Below, piece after piece: positions 1 to 9,271 of a DNA stretch of 64,000 bases. The translations under genes were made by a program, and so were the position numbers. Positions within the stretch are counted from its first letter, which is position 1, and each line of letters opens with the position of its first letter. This stretch comes from a virus, in the IMG/VR virus record IMGVR_UViG_3300023184_002781, positions 32,212 to 96,211 of that record; one strand, 5' to 3'. Under the pieces are notes generated by a model. It was given only the letters and a program-made list of their open reading frames with translations. It was not told the DNA's origin and searched no databases.

Positions 1-211
1 GTTCTTCAGGATATTCATCTAATCCTGGATGAAATTTTAAAATATAATCTGATCGAGTTTTAGAAAAATTTAAAAACTTAGTTTTATATTCTTGATGAGG
101 TTCATCAAATAGAGTTAAGTTAGGATACTTACTGTTTAAGTATCTTGCCAACACAGTACTACCTGTCCTAGGACTTCCTATTATTATTATGGGAAACTTA
201 TCACAAATCAT
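1..211 (-). CDS. Sulfotransferase-family protein, 3' end outside window (not in ORF track)
   Basis: ATG at 211 overlaps the upstream stop (ATGA). Translation MICDKFPIIIIGSPRTGSTVLARYLNSK...LFDEP carries the 5'-PSB loop motif (GSPRTGST) and downstream EP of PAPS-dependent sulfotransferases. Confidence 0.75.
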   Translation of the reverse strand, partial: MICDKFPIIIIGSPRTGSTVLARYLNSKYPNLTLFDEPHQEYKTKFLNFSKTRSDYILKFHPGLDEYPEE

Positions 212-708
212 TGTTCTTCTTTAGACGGTAATTCGCATAGAGCCTCTAGAGTCTTATAATGGTTGTAGGCTTTCTTCAACGCTTCAAAGTGTTCTAATTT
301 TTCCGGGACTGGCACAAGTATAGCAAGACGCTTGGAGATTGTTTCCATAAACTCGCCGAGATCCTGGCCATTTACTTTTACCTTGCCTTCGAACTCTGCA
401 TCACCCTTAACATTCAGTGATGAAGGTTGGCTGTTATTAGTCATGGTAAGGTTTCCCCAAGGTGATGTGCTGTTGGTGGTATAGACATAACTACTACCAC
501 TTGATCCAGGTATAGTCCCATATAATCCTGTGCCGCCGGCAGCACCTACATTAAGACTAGGATAAGGACCTGTTGTTAGGGATGGTATAGTTGATGCTGT
601 TAATCCCGGTATCTGTGTTGTATCTAATGCACCCTGATTCATATAATATTCAGAGTATTGTTGAGTGGCATCTTTATATGCTTCATCAATATCAATAGGG
701 TTGCTCAT
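208..708 (-). CDS. Hypothetical protein (166 aa; S/T/G-rich middle, helical C-terminus)
   Basis: ORF tightly coupled to both neighbours; no recognisable catalytic motif. Confidence 0.8.
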   Translation of the reverse strand: MSNPIDIDEAYKDATQQYSEYYMNQGALDTTQIPGLTASTIPSLTTGPYPSLNVGAAGGTGLYGTIPGSSGSSYVYTTNSTSPWGNLTMTNNSQPSSLNVKGDAEFEGKVKVNGQDLGEFMETISKRLAILVPVPEKLEHFEALKKAYNHYKTLEALCELPSKEEQ

Positions 709-926
709 TTTAGATATTCTCTAAGTTCAGTAAATCCACCAACATATCCGTCTTCGATAAAAATTTGTGGAAGTGTACGTGCATTGGGTACTGCTTCTAA
801 TAATTCTTCCTTAGTATATCCATCACCAATCTTACGTTCTTCAATTTGATAACCTTTTGATTTTAGTAATGCGGTTGCTTGGTCACAGTAAGGGCAGTGA
901 TACTTACTCCATAATATTGCTTTCAT
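705..926 (-). CDS. grx: Glutaredoxin
   Basis: CPYC active site, TLPQIF cis-Pro loop, YVGGF; next to the RNR genes. Confidence 0.95.
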   Translation of the reverse strand: MKAILWSKYHCPYCDQATALLKSKGYQIEERKIGDGYTKEELLEAVPNARTLPQIFIEDGYVGGFTELREYLK

Positions 927-931
927 TTTTA

Positions 932-1096
932 TTATCCTCTTCTATTAATCACTGAGGTTATTTGATTAACCTCTCCGCGTCTGCGGTTGTTTTCTCTTTC
1001 TAATAAACTTATACGTTGATTTAACTCTTGATTCTGTTTAATCAATTGTTCAACAAATTGTTCAAGTTTTTTAATTTTTTCAGTTTCGGTAATCAT
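932..1096 (-). CDS. Small coiled-coil protein, 54 aa (not in ORF track)
   Basis: MITETEKIKKLEQFVEQLIKQNQELNQRISLLERENNRRRGEVNQITSVINRRG; start overlaps the nrdB stop (TAATG) and the ORF fills the gap to grx. Confidence 0.75.
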   Translation of the reverse strand: MITETEKIKKLEQFVEQLIKQNQELNQRISLLERENNRRRGEVNQITSVINRRG

Positions 1097-2199
1097 TATA
1101 GATCCGGTAATTCGTCGTACATTACACTATCACTCATCACACCGATTACATAGTTAGTGCTTTCAGTTTCCTGCAATGCACTTTGTTTCTTACCAATATT
1201 CACATGTTTATTAAACCATGGAATAGGACTTGAACGTGGATGTTCTTCGGCATACTTAATACCAATATCTTTTAAACGTGTAAATGCTGTATAATCAACA
1301 AAGTCTTTTAGAATAGTAGCATTAAGTCCGATTACAGGACCTTTCTTAAACAAATAGTCTGCCCATGCTTTTTCTTCTTCAATGACTTCCATATACATAG
1401 CATATACTTCTTCTTGGCATTCTTCTACTATTTTGGCAAAACGATCGTCATCCTTTACTACGTTGTTAATTAACCAAGCAGTCCATTCTGCGTGTAACAA
1501 CTCATCTTGTAGAATCAAACTAATAATATTGCCGTTGCCGATATAGATCTTGTTCTCAACCATAGCTAAACTTGTAGCAAAACTAACCATAAAGCGGAAT
1601 GCTTCTAAAGCATAGCTAGCGTTAAGTGCTAACCAAATTGCTTTGATATGCGTTTCTTCACTAACAGTTTTTGGATTGATTTCCTTGAAACAATTTAGTT
1701 CATGTAGTTTATCATAATATCTACCTATACTTGCAGACATTTCTACAATTTCCTTGGTATTATGAATTTTATTAAATTCTTCTTTTGGTACACTATAGAC
1801 ATTACGAATAATGTGGCTATAACTCTTACTGTGAATATTTGTTTCAAAGAAACTCCAATTACTAACCAGTGCTTCTAATTCTGGTATGCTAATTACTGGA
1901 CTAAAGATTTGACTGGGCGCTCTGCCCTGAATACTGTCTAAAGCAGTTTGTCGTAGTAGATTACTGGTAAAGATATGTTTAACTGCCTCGCTGGCATCTT
2001 TATGATCCATTTTATCTTTTGTCAAACTAATCTCTTCTGGAACCCAAAAGAATCCGCGAGCCAGTTCTTCAAACTTTGTAAGTTTAGGATATTTAACTTC
2101 CTCAAAACGTTGTACAGTAACTGGACCTTCTACGTCCAGAAACATTTTACGTTTTAGATAGTTTGTTTGTTTTAATAAATTGTATTGTTCGATACTCAT
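1096..2199 (-). CDS. nrdB: Ribonucleotide reductase class Ia beta subunit
   Basis: FFWVPEEI, LDSIQ, ETNIHSKSY (E, H ligands and radical Tyr), LEAFRF, DELLH, C-terminal QETESTNY. Likely true start MSIEQY at 2199 (ATGA overlap). Confidence 0.96.
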   Translation of the reverse strand: MSIEQYNLLKQTNYLKRKMFLDVEGPVTVQRFEEVKYPKLTKFEELARGFFWVPEEISLTKDKMDHKDASEAVKHIFTSNLLRQTALDSIQGRAPSQIFSPVISIPELEALVSNWSFFETNIHSKSYSHIIRNVYSVPKEEFNKIHNTKEIVEMSASIGRYYDKLHELNCFKEINPKTVSEETHIKAIWLALNASYALEAFRFMVSFATSLAMVENKIYIGNGNIISLILQDELLHAEWTAWLINNVVKDDDRFAKIVEECQEEVYAMYMEVIEEEKAWADYLFKKGPVIGLNATILKDFVDYTAFTRLKDIGIKYAEEHPRSSPIPWFNKHVNIGKKQSALQETESTNYVIGVMSDSVMYDELPDL

Positions 2200-2339
2200 T
2201 TCCATGTCCTTATCGCGATCCAATGTTGGATGCGTTGTATATGCCATGCCATCCATCCGGGCACACGGCATATTTTTTTACCACTTGGTGTGTATAATGT
2301 ATTATCACTACTAACACCCATTAATCCTATTGTTATCAT
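2196..2339 (-). CDS. 47-aa Trp-rich basic peptide between nrdA and nrdB (not in ORF track)
   Basis: MITIGLMGVSSDNTLYTPSGKKICRVPGWMAWHIQRIQHWIAIRTWK; ATGA overlaps at both ends. Confidence 0.75.
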   Translation of the reverse strand: MITIGLMGVSSDNTLYTPSGKKICRVPGWMAWHIQRIQHWIAIRTWK

Positions 2340-4660
2340 AATTTGCATGCCTCGCAGTCTTCGTCGTCGCTATATATAGTAACAGGTTCTAATGCTACTA
2401 ATCTATCACTTTGTGTCATTAATATATTTTTACTACCTACTTTGTCTATCAGGCTATAATACATAGTCTTTAAACCCCACTTGTAGGCTAACATTAAGTT
2501 CTTAGCAATTAATGTTCCTGGTACTTTACCATCTTTAAAATGTCTCGGACTATAGAATGTATTAGTACTTAGACTTTGGTCAATATATGCTGCTAGGACC
2601 GCTGATGTTTTTAAATAATCAACACAATCAGCCTGTTCCCACATCAATTGATAACGGTTCTTCAAGCGACGATATTCCGGAACAACTTGTGTAAATGATC
2701 CGGCCTTGCTTTCTTTAACGCTGATCAGTTCCATAGGCATTTCAATACCGTTAGTAGAGTTTAAAACAACACTACTTGATTCAACAGGAGCAACTGCCAT
2801 AAGTGTAGCATTACGTATCCCATACTTCTTCATACGCTCACGTAATGGTTCCCAATCCATGCTAGGTGTAAAGTCTGTGAGTTCATTAACACCTGCTGCT
2901 CTGCGTTCCCAAGGAAATACTCCCCGGCCGTAGTAAGTATGTTCGCTACGCAGACATGGGCCACGCTCTTGGGCCAGTTCCACACTTGCTTCGGTTAGGT
3001 AGTATGCCTGATGTTCCATCCAACGTTTGACTTCTGCTAGTGCATCTGGTTCGCCGTATTTAAAACTCTTACGTGCATGCCAGTAGGCTAAGTTTGTAAT
3101 GCCAACACCTAGTGGTTCAAAATCATCATTGGCTAGTTTGCTCTGTATGCTTAGGAAGTCTTGATATTGTAACAAGTTACTTAGACTGCGAACCAATATT
3201 CTGCAAGCCTTACGCATTTCTTGTGGATTACGGAATGCACCCCAATTTATGGACCCAAGAGTACAAAGAGCAATGCGTCCCTCTGGATCTTCAATTCTTT
3301 GGAAAGGCTTCGTGGGTAAAAGTATTTCTTGGCATAGATTTGATTGGTATATTGGGTCAAGCTGTGTATCAAACGGGCCCTGGTTGATAACGTTGTCAAT
3401 GTTGACAAGGTAGATGCGCCCAGTATCAGTACGTTCCTTAAGGATACCATTTTTGAAGATTTCATCAGCCGATACGCTCTTCTTTTTAATTGTCGGATGC
3501 TTTTCATAATTTAGGTATAGTTTTTCAAATTCTTCGCTGTTGCGATAGTAAGCTTCGTATAAGTCAGGTACGTCATGTGGATCAAACAATGTCATCATTT
3601 GTCCATTCTTATAACGATTCCAAAACATTTTATTAATCACTACACTGTAATCCATTTGACGCACACGAGTTTCTTCAGTACCTTGATTATTTTTAAGAAC
3701 AATAAGGTCTTCAAACTGATAATGCCAAACGGGGAATGTTACTGTACAACTTGCATTACGGATGCCACCTTGACTACAACTACGTAGATCAGCAAACCAT
3801 TTTTTCAAGAAAGGTATCATACCTGTATGTTTGATTTCACCGTTACGTATAGGAGCACCGAGTGGGCGGATACGTCCAATCTCTAATCCTATGCCAGCAC
3901 GTTTGCTAGCATACTTGGCCATCATTTCACCAGAAGCGAAGATGCTGTCCAAAGTATCATCGCTACTGATAAGGACACAGCTACTAAACTGCTTAGTAGT
4001 AGTACCGAGACCAGCAAGCACAGGTGTAGCCAACGTAAAATGGCCTGCGCTAGCACATTCGTAATATTCTTTGACATACTTTAATCTTGCCTCCTTAGAT
4101 TCATTATGGAATGCTGTTGCCGCAGCAATAGCATAACGTACCTGAGGAGTCTCGAATATCTGTCCAGTGGCACGATTCTGTACTAGATATTTTTCACATA
4201 ACTGTGCTATGGCAGCATAGGTATAAGTTTCATCTTTGTCATGGTCGATGAATAATTCAATGATATTCCATTCCTCTTCCGAATACCATTTAAGTAATTC
4301 CGGTGTGTACATTCCGGCATCGATATTCTTTTTTACAATATCGTATAGGCGGGAAGGTTTATAATCTCCATATACCTCTTTACGTAGCATACTGACCTTT
4401 TGGCGTCCCGCTACTAGTTGATAATTTACATTGTTAATTTCTGGATTTTCAGTTTCGTCTATAAGATCAACCATTGCCTTAAGCAATAGTTCATCTATTG
4501 TTTCTGTAGTCATTCCATCATGTAGTTCAATTTGCGCTTTGATTTCGATCATACTAGGACTAACCCCGTCTATACCCTTACAAGAGTATGCTACTTGTCG
4601 TTGTATTTTTTCAATATCAATGGGGACGCGATTCCCATTACGCTTTACTACTGTAATCAT
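2336..4660 (-). CDS. nrdA: Ribonucleotide reductase class Ia alpha subunit with ATP cone
   Basis: N-terminal VVKRNG ATP cone, FSSC, SNLCQEI, ALCTLGSIN, KTMYY, C-terminal CEACKL. Confidence 0.98.
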   Translation of the reverse strand: MITVVKRNGNRVPIDIEKIQRQVAYSCKGIDGVSPSMIEIKAQIELHDGMTTETIDELLLKAMVDLIDETENPEINNVNYQLVAGRQKVSMLRKEVYGDYKPSRLYDIVKKNIDAGMYTPELLKWYSEEEWNIIELFIDHDKDETYTYAAIAQLCEKYLVQNRATGQIFETPQVRYAIAAATAFHNESKEARLKYVKEYYECASAGHFTLATPVLAGLGTTTKQFSSCVLISSDDTLDSIFASGEMMAKYASKRAGIGLEIGRIRPLGAPIRNGEIKHTGMIPFLKKWFADLRSCSQGGIRNASCTVTFPVWHYQFEDLIVLKNNQGTEETRVRQMDYSVVINKMFWNRYKNGQMMTLFDPHDVPDLYEAYYRNSEEFEKLYLNYEKHPTIKKKSVSADEIFKNGILKERTDTGRIYLVNIDNVINQGPFDTQLDPIYQSNLCQEILLPTKPFQRIEDPEGRIALCTLGSINWGAFRNPQEMRKACRILVRSLSNLLQYQDFLSIQSKLANDDFEPLGVGITNLAYWHARKSFKYGEPDALAEVKRWMEHQAYYLTEASVELAQERGPCLRSEHTYYGRGVFPWERRAAGVNELTDFTPSMDWEPLRERMKKYGIRNATLMAVAPVESSSVVLNSTNGIEMPMELISVKESKAGSFTQVVPEYRRLKNRYQLMWEQADCVDYLKTSAVLAAYIDQSLSTNTFYSPRHFKDGKVPGTLIAKNLMLAYKWGLKTMYYSLIDKVGSKNILMTQSDRLVALEPVTIYSDDEDCEACKL

Positions 4661-4691
4661 TGCCTAACCTTTTTATTGTTCTAGATGATAT

Positions 4692-5126
4692 TTACCTGGG
4701 ACCAGTAACTTCGATTATATTTTCTAGTTTAAATCCGCTATTTACTTCTACAGCTGAAATTGGACCATTATCGTTGTAGTTAATTACCCAGGAATTGTCA
4801 ATATATATTACATTGTATTCTCTAGTTCGATTATCGTCAACTAATGTTTTAAGTTCTATTTTGGAATCTTTAAATTTCTTTGTCAATTTTAAAGTCCATC
4901 CTATCATAAGAGCTTTAGTAAAATCATCGTACTTATTAGTTTTGATAATTTCCCAAGGAGTTGGCCAACTTTTTTGATAATAGGGATCTATATTTCTATT
5001 ATGTGGAGTGAATGGCGCTTGATTCCAAAAATCCCATACTTCTTGTAAAGGATCATTTGAGCAGTCGAGTTCCTGTCTATGTTTTATCCACTCTGATAAT
5101 CTGTCATCTACAGATTGATTAAACAT
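4692..5126 (-). CDS. Hypothetical phage protein (144 aa)
   Basis: Well-packed ORF; Trp-rich WPTPWEII motif; function unknown. Confidence 0.75.
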   Translation of the reverse strand: MFNQSVDDRLSEWIKHRQELDCSNDPLQEVWDFWNQAPFTPHNRNIDPYYQKSWPTPWEIIKTNKYDDFTKALMIGWTLKLTKKFKDSKIELKTLVDDNRTREYNVIYIDNSWVINYNDNGPISAVEVNSGFKLENIIEVTGPR

Positions 5127-5130
5127 GATT

Positions 5131-6813
5131 TTAATAGAGTGAAAGATTATAATGATATGAAAGTTTCATATCATATGTTGTTTCTTGTTGTATTCGAAGT
5201 TCGTAATATGTACTACCCGAGTTTACATAAGTACTCCATTGGATTACTGCATCCAATGTTCCTTCTAAACTTGTATATTCATCTAAAATATTTGAATTGT
5301 CCGGAGTTGTTGCTTTTGACAACGACCATATTAATTTACCTGTTCTATATATATTCTCTGATAAAGAAGATGACCATAAATTATAATAAACTATTAATTG
5401 TTGTGGTGCTGCAATTAACGGAAATCTTAAAATTCTTGTAAGAATACCCGTGGTGAGAGTTGATGTTTTAACTCCTGATTGTTCAATAAATGCCTTACCT
5501 TGAATTAATGGAAGATATTTTTGTGATGAACCTATATTTACTTGGTTATATTCTTGCCTATCAAACCAATCATTTTTACTTGTATTTGTATCAGATACAA
5601 ATACGATAACGGGATTGCCTGTAGAACTTGCTCTGCCATTTCCTAAGTTTCCAACATCATAAAATCTATTATTCATACTAATATGATTAGTGCCAACTAC
5701 CGATGATGGATTTTCTCCTACATATATTGCCGGACCGGTAATATTTTTGAAATTATTATTAACAATTTTTGCGTATGTAGGACCTATAGTTGCATCATCA
5801 TCTTTACCGGGATAATTAAAAACTACTCCATTATTAGAATTATTAAAAATACTATTTTGAATAGTAAGATTTGTTATATCGTGCCTTGAACCAACATCAT
5901 AGTGTAATCCGTCAAACTCACAACTATCAATTAGAACATTGTTAGATGATGCTAATTCTCCACTATATCCTCTAATTAAAATTGCTCCATATGTAGTCGT
6001 GCTAGCATCGCCTGTTTCATAGTTACCAGCAAACCTAACATTTTTAATAATAGAACGTTCTGCACAATCTAATGCTATGAGTTCTAAACAGTTAGTGACA
6101 TCCGTGGTTGAATCATATTGAATAGTAAGACCCTCAATATGGATGTTATTTGGTTGTGTAATACCGGTGCCTATACCATTATGGTCAAATGTTGCTCTAT
6201 CAAGATAAGCATTGTCTGGATCTGAATCTATAGTTTGAAAAGCATGGCTATCATTAGATATTAGATTGATAATAGTTTTTCCAATTCCTTCTCCTATGAT
6301 AGTTGTATATCTAGGAATAAAAATTGGAGTATCTATATTATATATACCAGCAGGGAAATATAATATTTTAGCAGAAGCGGTGCCGTAATCATTAACTGTT
6401 TTTAATGGGTCTAAGAATAAATTATCTACAGCTACTTGTATCAATGCTGAATCTACGTCATCCCCGCCAACACCCAGAACTCCAAAATCTTTAACACTAA
6501 CAAAGTCATCTAATTTTTTATTTACAGGTCTTTCAAATGCAAGTCCGTCAAATGTAGGAGCGGTAATAGCAGGGTCTGTATCTTTACGATAAGTATATCC
6601 TAGATCTAAACTAGTTATTGCGGTAAAGAGATCATTTTCTGTTAAAATCCTAACGCTAGCATCTCTTGCGCCACCGTCTTCTCTACGCAGACCAATGTAT
6701 AAATGTTCGGTGTCCGCCGCCCAGCCAAATTCACCACCAGCAAGGGTAGGAACACCTGTTTGATTTTCTTGTCCTCTTCGGACTTGTATTCTTGATATTT
6801 CCAGAACAGCCAT
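5131..6813 (-). CDS. Virion protein with Mtd_N-like N-terminus and pectate-lyase-like beta-helix (tailspike-like)
   Basis: N-terminal RIQVRRG...LAGGEFGW...LYIG; VSVKDFG...DSALIQ...ILYFPAGIY followed by parallel beta-helix repeats. Confidence 0.75.
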   Translation of the reverse strand: MAVLEISRIQVRRGQENQTGVPTLAGGEFGWAADTEHLYIGLRREDGGARDASVRILTENDLFTAITSLDLGYTYRKDTDPAITAPTFDGLAFERPVNKKLDDFVSVKDFGVLGVGGDDVDSALIQVAVDNLFLDPLKTVNDYGTASAKILYFPAGIYNIDTPIFIPRYTTIIGEGIGKTIINLISNDSHAFQTIDSDPDNAYLDRATFDHNGIGTGITQPNNIHIEGLTIQYDSTTDVTNCLELIALDCAERSIIKNVRFAGNYETGDASTTTYGAILIRGYSGELASSNNVLIDSCEFDGLHYDVGSRHDITNLTIQNSIFNNSNNGVVFNYPGKDDDATIGPTYAKIVNNNFKNITGPAIYVGENPSSVVGTNHISMNNRFYDVGNLGNGRASSTGNPVIVFVSDTNTSKNDWFDRQEYNQVNIGSSQKYLPLIQGKAFIEQSGVKTSTLTTGILTRILRFPLIAAPQQLIVYYNLWSSSLSENIYRTGKLIWSLSKATTPDNSNILDEYTSLEGTLDAVIQWSTYVNSGSTYYELRIQQETTYDMKLSYHYNLSLY

Positions 6814-6815
6814 TT

Positions 6816-6840
6816 TAAATACCTCTCTATGAGATATTTA
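6816..6840 (-). promoter_or_regulatory. Late promoter TAAATA embedded in an RBS-occluding hairpin
   Basis: Minus strand TAAATATCTC-ATAGA-GAGGTATTTA-AA-ATG: 10-bp stem (one G-U); 5' arm holds TAAATA, 3' arm holds SD GAGG. Confidence 0.7.
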
Positions 6841-6851
6841 TCATAACCGGG

Positions 6852-7553
6852 CTACTTAATTAGGGCGTAGTATTCTTCAACTTTGTTCAACCAAGCGTCT
6901 TGCCATTTGTTAAAGTCTTTAGGTTCTAATGTAAATTGTTGATATTGTAAATCTCTACTACACATGAATATAACACCCTTACGTATGTTGGTTTTATATA
7001 CTTCATTATGTGCTAGTATATAGGCCATTAATTGCAAATAATAATCATCAACCCATTCTAACTTTTTAGGCTTGTTTGTTTGCTTATGGTCACACACTGC
7101 TGGCTCATCTTCATGTATTCCGATTAGGTCTGTAGTACCGCTGTACAGTCCTGGAAAGTAAAGACTTTGTTCCATAGCCCAAACTTCGCTCATTTTGCTA
7201 AGTCCGTTTTCAATAATGATGTCGGCCATTTTGTTAGCCTGTACATGCACTGGATTGCTTCCCGGTTGTCTTTGTTCTCCGATTAAAAATCTTTCTAAAT
7301 TGGCGTGCATTGCAGTACCAACCCCTGCTGCTTCGGAAGTGATTTGTTGTGCTTTGTCATGCCCTACCCGATCTCGCCATTGATTCAAATGGGTCATATC
7401 TTTAGTAGCGCCTAAGATAGTAGTTACACTAGGCAACTTTTCACCATCTGGTGTTCGATACACTCTTTTACGAGTTACTGGATCATTAATCTGAACACAA
7501 TTTTTGTATTGGAAACGTTCAACGAACGCAGGAGGGGTATAGGTTGTTGTCAT
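6852..7553 (-). CDS. PD-(D/E)XK exonuclease (MGME1/lambda-exonuclease-like)
   Basis: LPSVTTIL, GTAMH, E...YSGTTDL, DHKQ, YYLQLMAY motifs. Confidence 0.88.
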   Translation of the reverse strand: MTTTYTPPAFVERFQYKNCVQINDPVTRKRVYRTPDGEKLPSVTTILGATKDMTHLNQWRDRVGHDKAQQITSEAAGVGTAMHANLERFLIGEQRQPGSNPVHVQANKMADIIIENGLSKMSEVWAMEQSLYFPGLYSGTTDLIGIHEDEPAVCDHKQTNKPKKLEWVDDYYLQLMAYILAHNEVYKTNIRKGVIFMCSRDLQYQQFTLEPKDFNKWQDAWLNKVEEYYALIK

Positions 7554-7554
7554 A

Positions 7555-7591
7555 TAGTGTTAATTATAACACTACGTGATCAGTATAGCAA
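7555..7591 (-). promoter_or_regulatory. Sigma70-type promoter giving a near-leaderless transcript, with overlapping inverted repeat
   Basis: TTGCTA-N17-TATAAT with TGn extension, 9 nt before ATG, no SD; perfect inverted repeat TAGTGTTA/TAACACTA at 7555-7574. Confidence 0.7.
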
Positions 7592-7933
7592 CTATTTGGT
7601 TACAGTTTTGGCGTTTTTAGATGCCATGGCATCTACTGCTGGACTTGTACCAGCATCTGGTTGTGCTTGGTCTTGATTTGGATTAACTGCATCAGTTTTA
7701 AGTAACACAGTACCATCATCAAGTACATCAGCAATAATATCACCTGCTGGATCAACTGCATTTTTAAGTGCTATTAATCCATCAGGTGTGCTTATTCCTA
7801 ATCCAAATGGTCTTAGTATATTCATTACTACAGGAAAAGGCAAAGAGGACGGTTGATCTGCTCTGTTTGCCTGTCCCTGTAATACAGCTAGAACATCTCT
7901 AGCTGATCCTAAATCAACTTCAACCAATCTCAT
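7592..7933 (-). CDS. Hypothetical protein, possible head-associated (MRLVE N-terminus)
   Basis: Abuts upstream ORF; N-terminal M-R-L-x-E shared in style with neighbours. Confidence 0.7.
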   Translation of the reverse strand: MRLVEVDLGSARDVLAVLQGQANRADQPSSLPFPVVMNILRPFGLGISTPDGLIALKNAVDPAGDIIADVLDDGTVLLKTDAVNPNQDQAQPDAGTSPAVDAMASKNAKTVTK

Positions 7934-9241
7934 TTACTTTGACAATGAAGCCATAATGTTATGTGATTCGGCCAATTTGCGAGCAAACTTGCTTTCACGC
8001 ATTTCACGGCCGGTTGTTCCCATACCTGCTGCTGCATCTGCTGCACCAAATTCATCACCGCCTGGTGCTGGATTCATTGCATCAGGTGCACCGATATCCA
8101 TGCCTGGTTCTGGAGGCATTTCTGGTTCCATACCCATTGCTGCATCTGGAGTAGCTTCTCCTGCTAGTGCTGCAACTGCTCCACTTACTGCTTCACGTTG
8201 TTGAGTCAATGTCTCGAGTGTAGCAGATAGTGCTGGGCCAACTGATGCCTTGAATGCTTCTGCTTCTTGCGCTCCAAAGTCTGCTTTGATTGCATCTGCT
8301 AATTCAATCATTGTTTTAGTTTGATATTGACCAACACGTTGCATCCAACTTGTAAAGTCATTGACCATATCACCTGCGGCAGTAATGGCCTTAGCTTTAC
8401 CTTCTTCATCTTCTGCTAATAGATAGCCTAAACTTTCATTAACAAATTGAACGTTATGTTTGAATGTATTAAAAGATTCTTTAACTTTCTTTTTGTTACC
8501 AAACGGATTTTTCTTTTTGTCAGCAACTGCTTTCTTCATTGGCTCTTTTTTATTGCCATCTTTGTCCATGTCTAAGAAATCTGGCTTAGCTTCATACATG
8601 CCGCTGCACTCTTTGCAATCACATCCCTTAGGATGCTTGCCAGCTTCACCGAGTGGCTTCTTATCTTTTTTAGCAGGCATTGTCTTTGCTGGACGACGAG
8701 CGTCTTCCGGTGGCTTCTTATAATCAGATTGATTACCATATGAACTGCCTTTAACTGTTCTACTTGGTAGATCAGCCATCTTAACTTCTTGCATGTTGCC
8801 TGCCTTCTTAGCAGCCTTCATACGGCTACCCATAACTTCGGCTTTGCCTGTTTCAACTTTGCCGTCGCCGTCATAGTCTTTGTCAGCCATAGCGCCTTTG
8901 GCTTTTTTAGTATGTTTAACATCACGAACACCTTTTTTGGCTTCGCTTAGTTGGTCCATTTTGTCACGTAGTTTTTTGATGTCTTCGCCTAGCATTTCTT
9001 TAATCCTTGTGTTTAGCAAGTCCAACATGGCCTTGTCTTTTTGATATGTTTCGTTGGTTAGCAAATCATTAATACCTGCTGAACCTTCTTGTTGGAAAAC
9101 TCGGGTACGTAATTTATTACGCATATCTTCTAGCTGTTCTCTAGAATAATTCTCTAACTTAACACGAACGCCAAACATTTTATTCATGTTTTCGTTTAGT
9201 TTTTTGCTTGTTAGCGGAGTTGTAAAGTCACTTGTTTTCAT
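7934..9241 (-). CDS. Putative prohead core/internal head protein (435 aa)
   Basis: Charged/helical; many [LMV]-x-E sites; two DxDxDG motifs; CDCKEC; TAAATA at 9269-9274. Confidence 0.55.
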   Translation of the reverse strand: MKTSDFTTPLTSKKLNENMNKMFGVRVKLENYSREQLEDMRNKLRTRVFQQEGSAGINDLLTNETYQKDKAMLDLLNTRIKEMLGEDIKKLRDKMDQLSEAKKGVRDVKHTKKAKGAMADKDYDGDGKVETGKAEVMGSRMKAAKKAGNMQEVKMADLPSRTVKGSSYGNQSDYKKPPEDARRPAKTMPAKKDKKPLGEAGKHPKGCDCKECSGMYEAKPDFLDMDKDGNKKEPMKKAVADKKKNPFGNKKKVKESFNTFKHNVQFVNESLGYLLAEDEEGKAKAITAAGDMVNDFTSWMQRVGQYQTKTMIELADAIKADFGAQEAEAFKASVGPALSATLETLTQQREAVSGAVAALAGEATPDAAMGMEPEMPPEPGMDIGAPDAMNPAPGGDEFGAADAAAGMGTTGREMRESKFARKLAESHNIMASLSK

Positions 9242-9271
9242 AGTTAATCCCAGAAAGATTGATAGTATTAT

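Noticed and set aside
2200-2271. 24-aa N-terminal extension of NrdB in the ORF track
   Set aside because: Better explained by the coupled 47-aa ORF in another frame and a start at 2199.
2336-4660. Intron or intein in nrdA
   Set aside because: Normal length with continuous motifs.
6852-7553. Cas4 call
   Set aside because: Lacks the four-Cys Fe-S pattern; no cas genes or array nearby.
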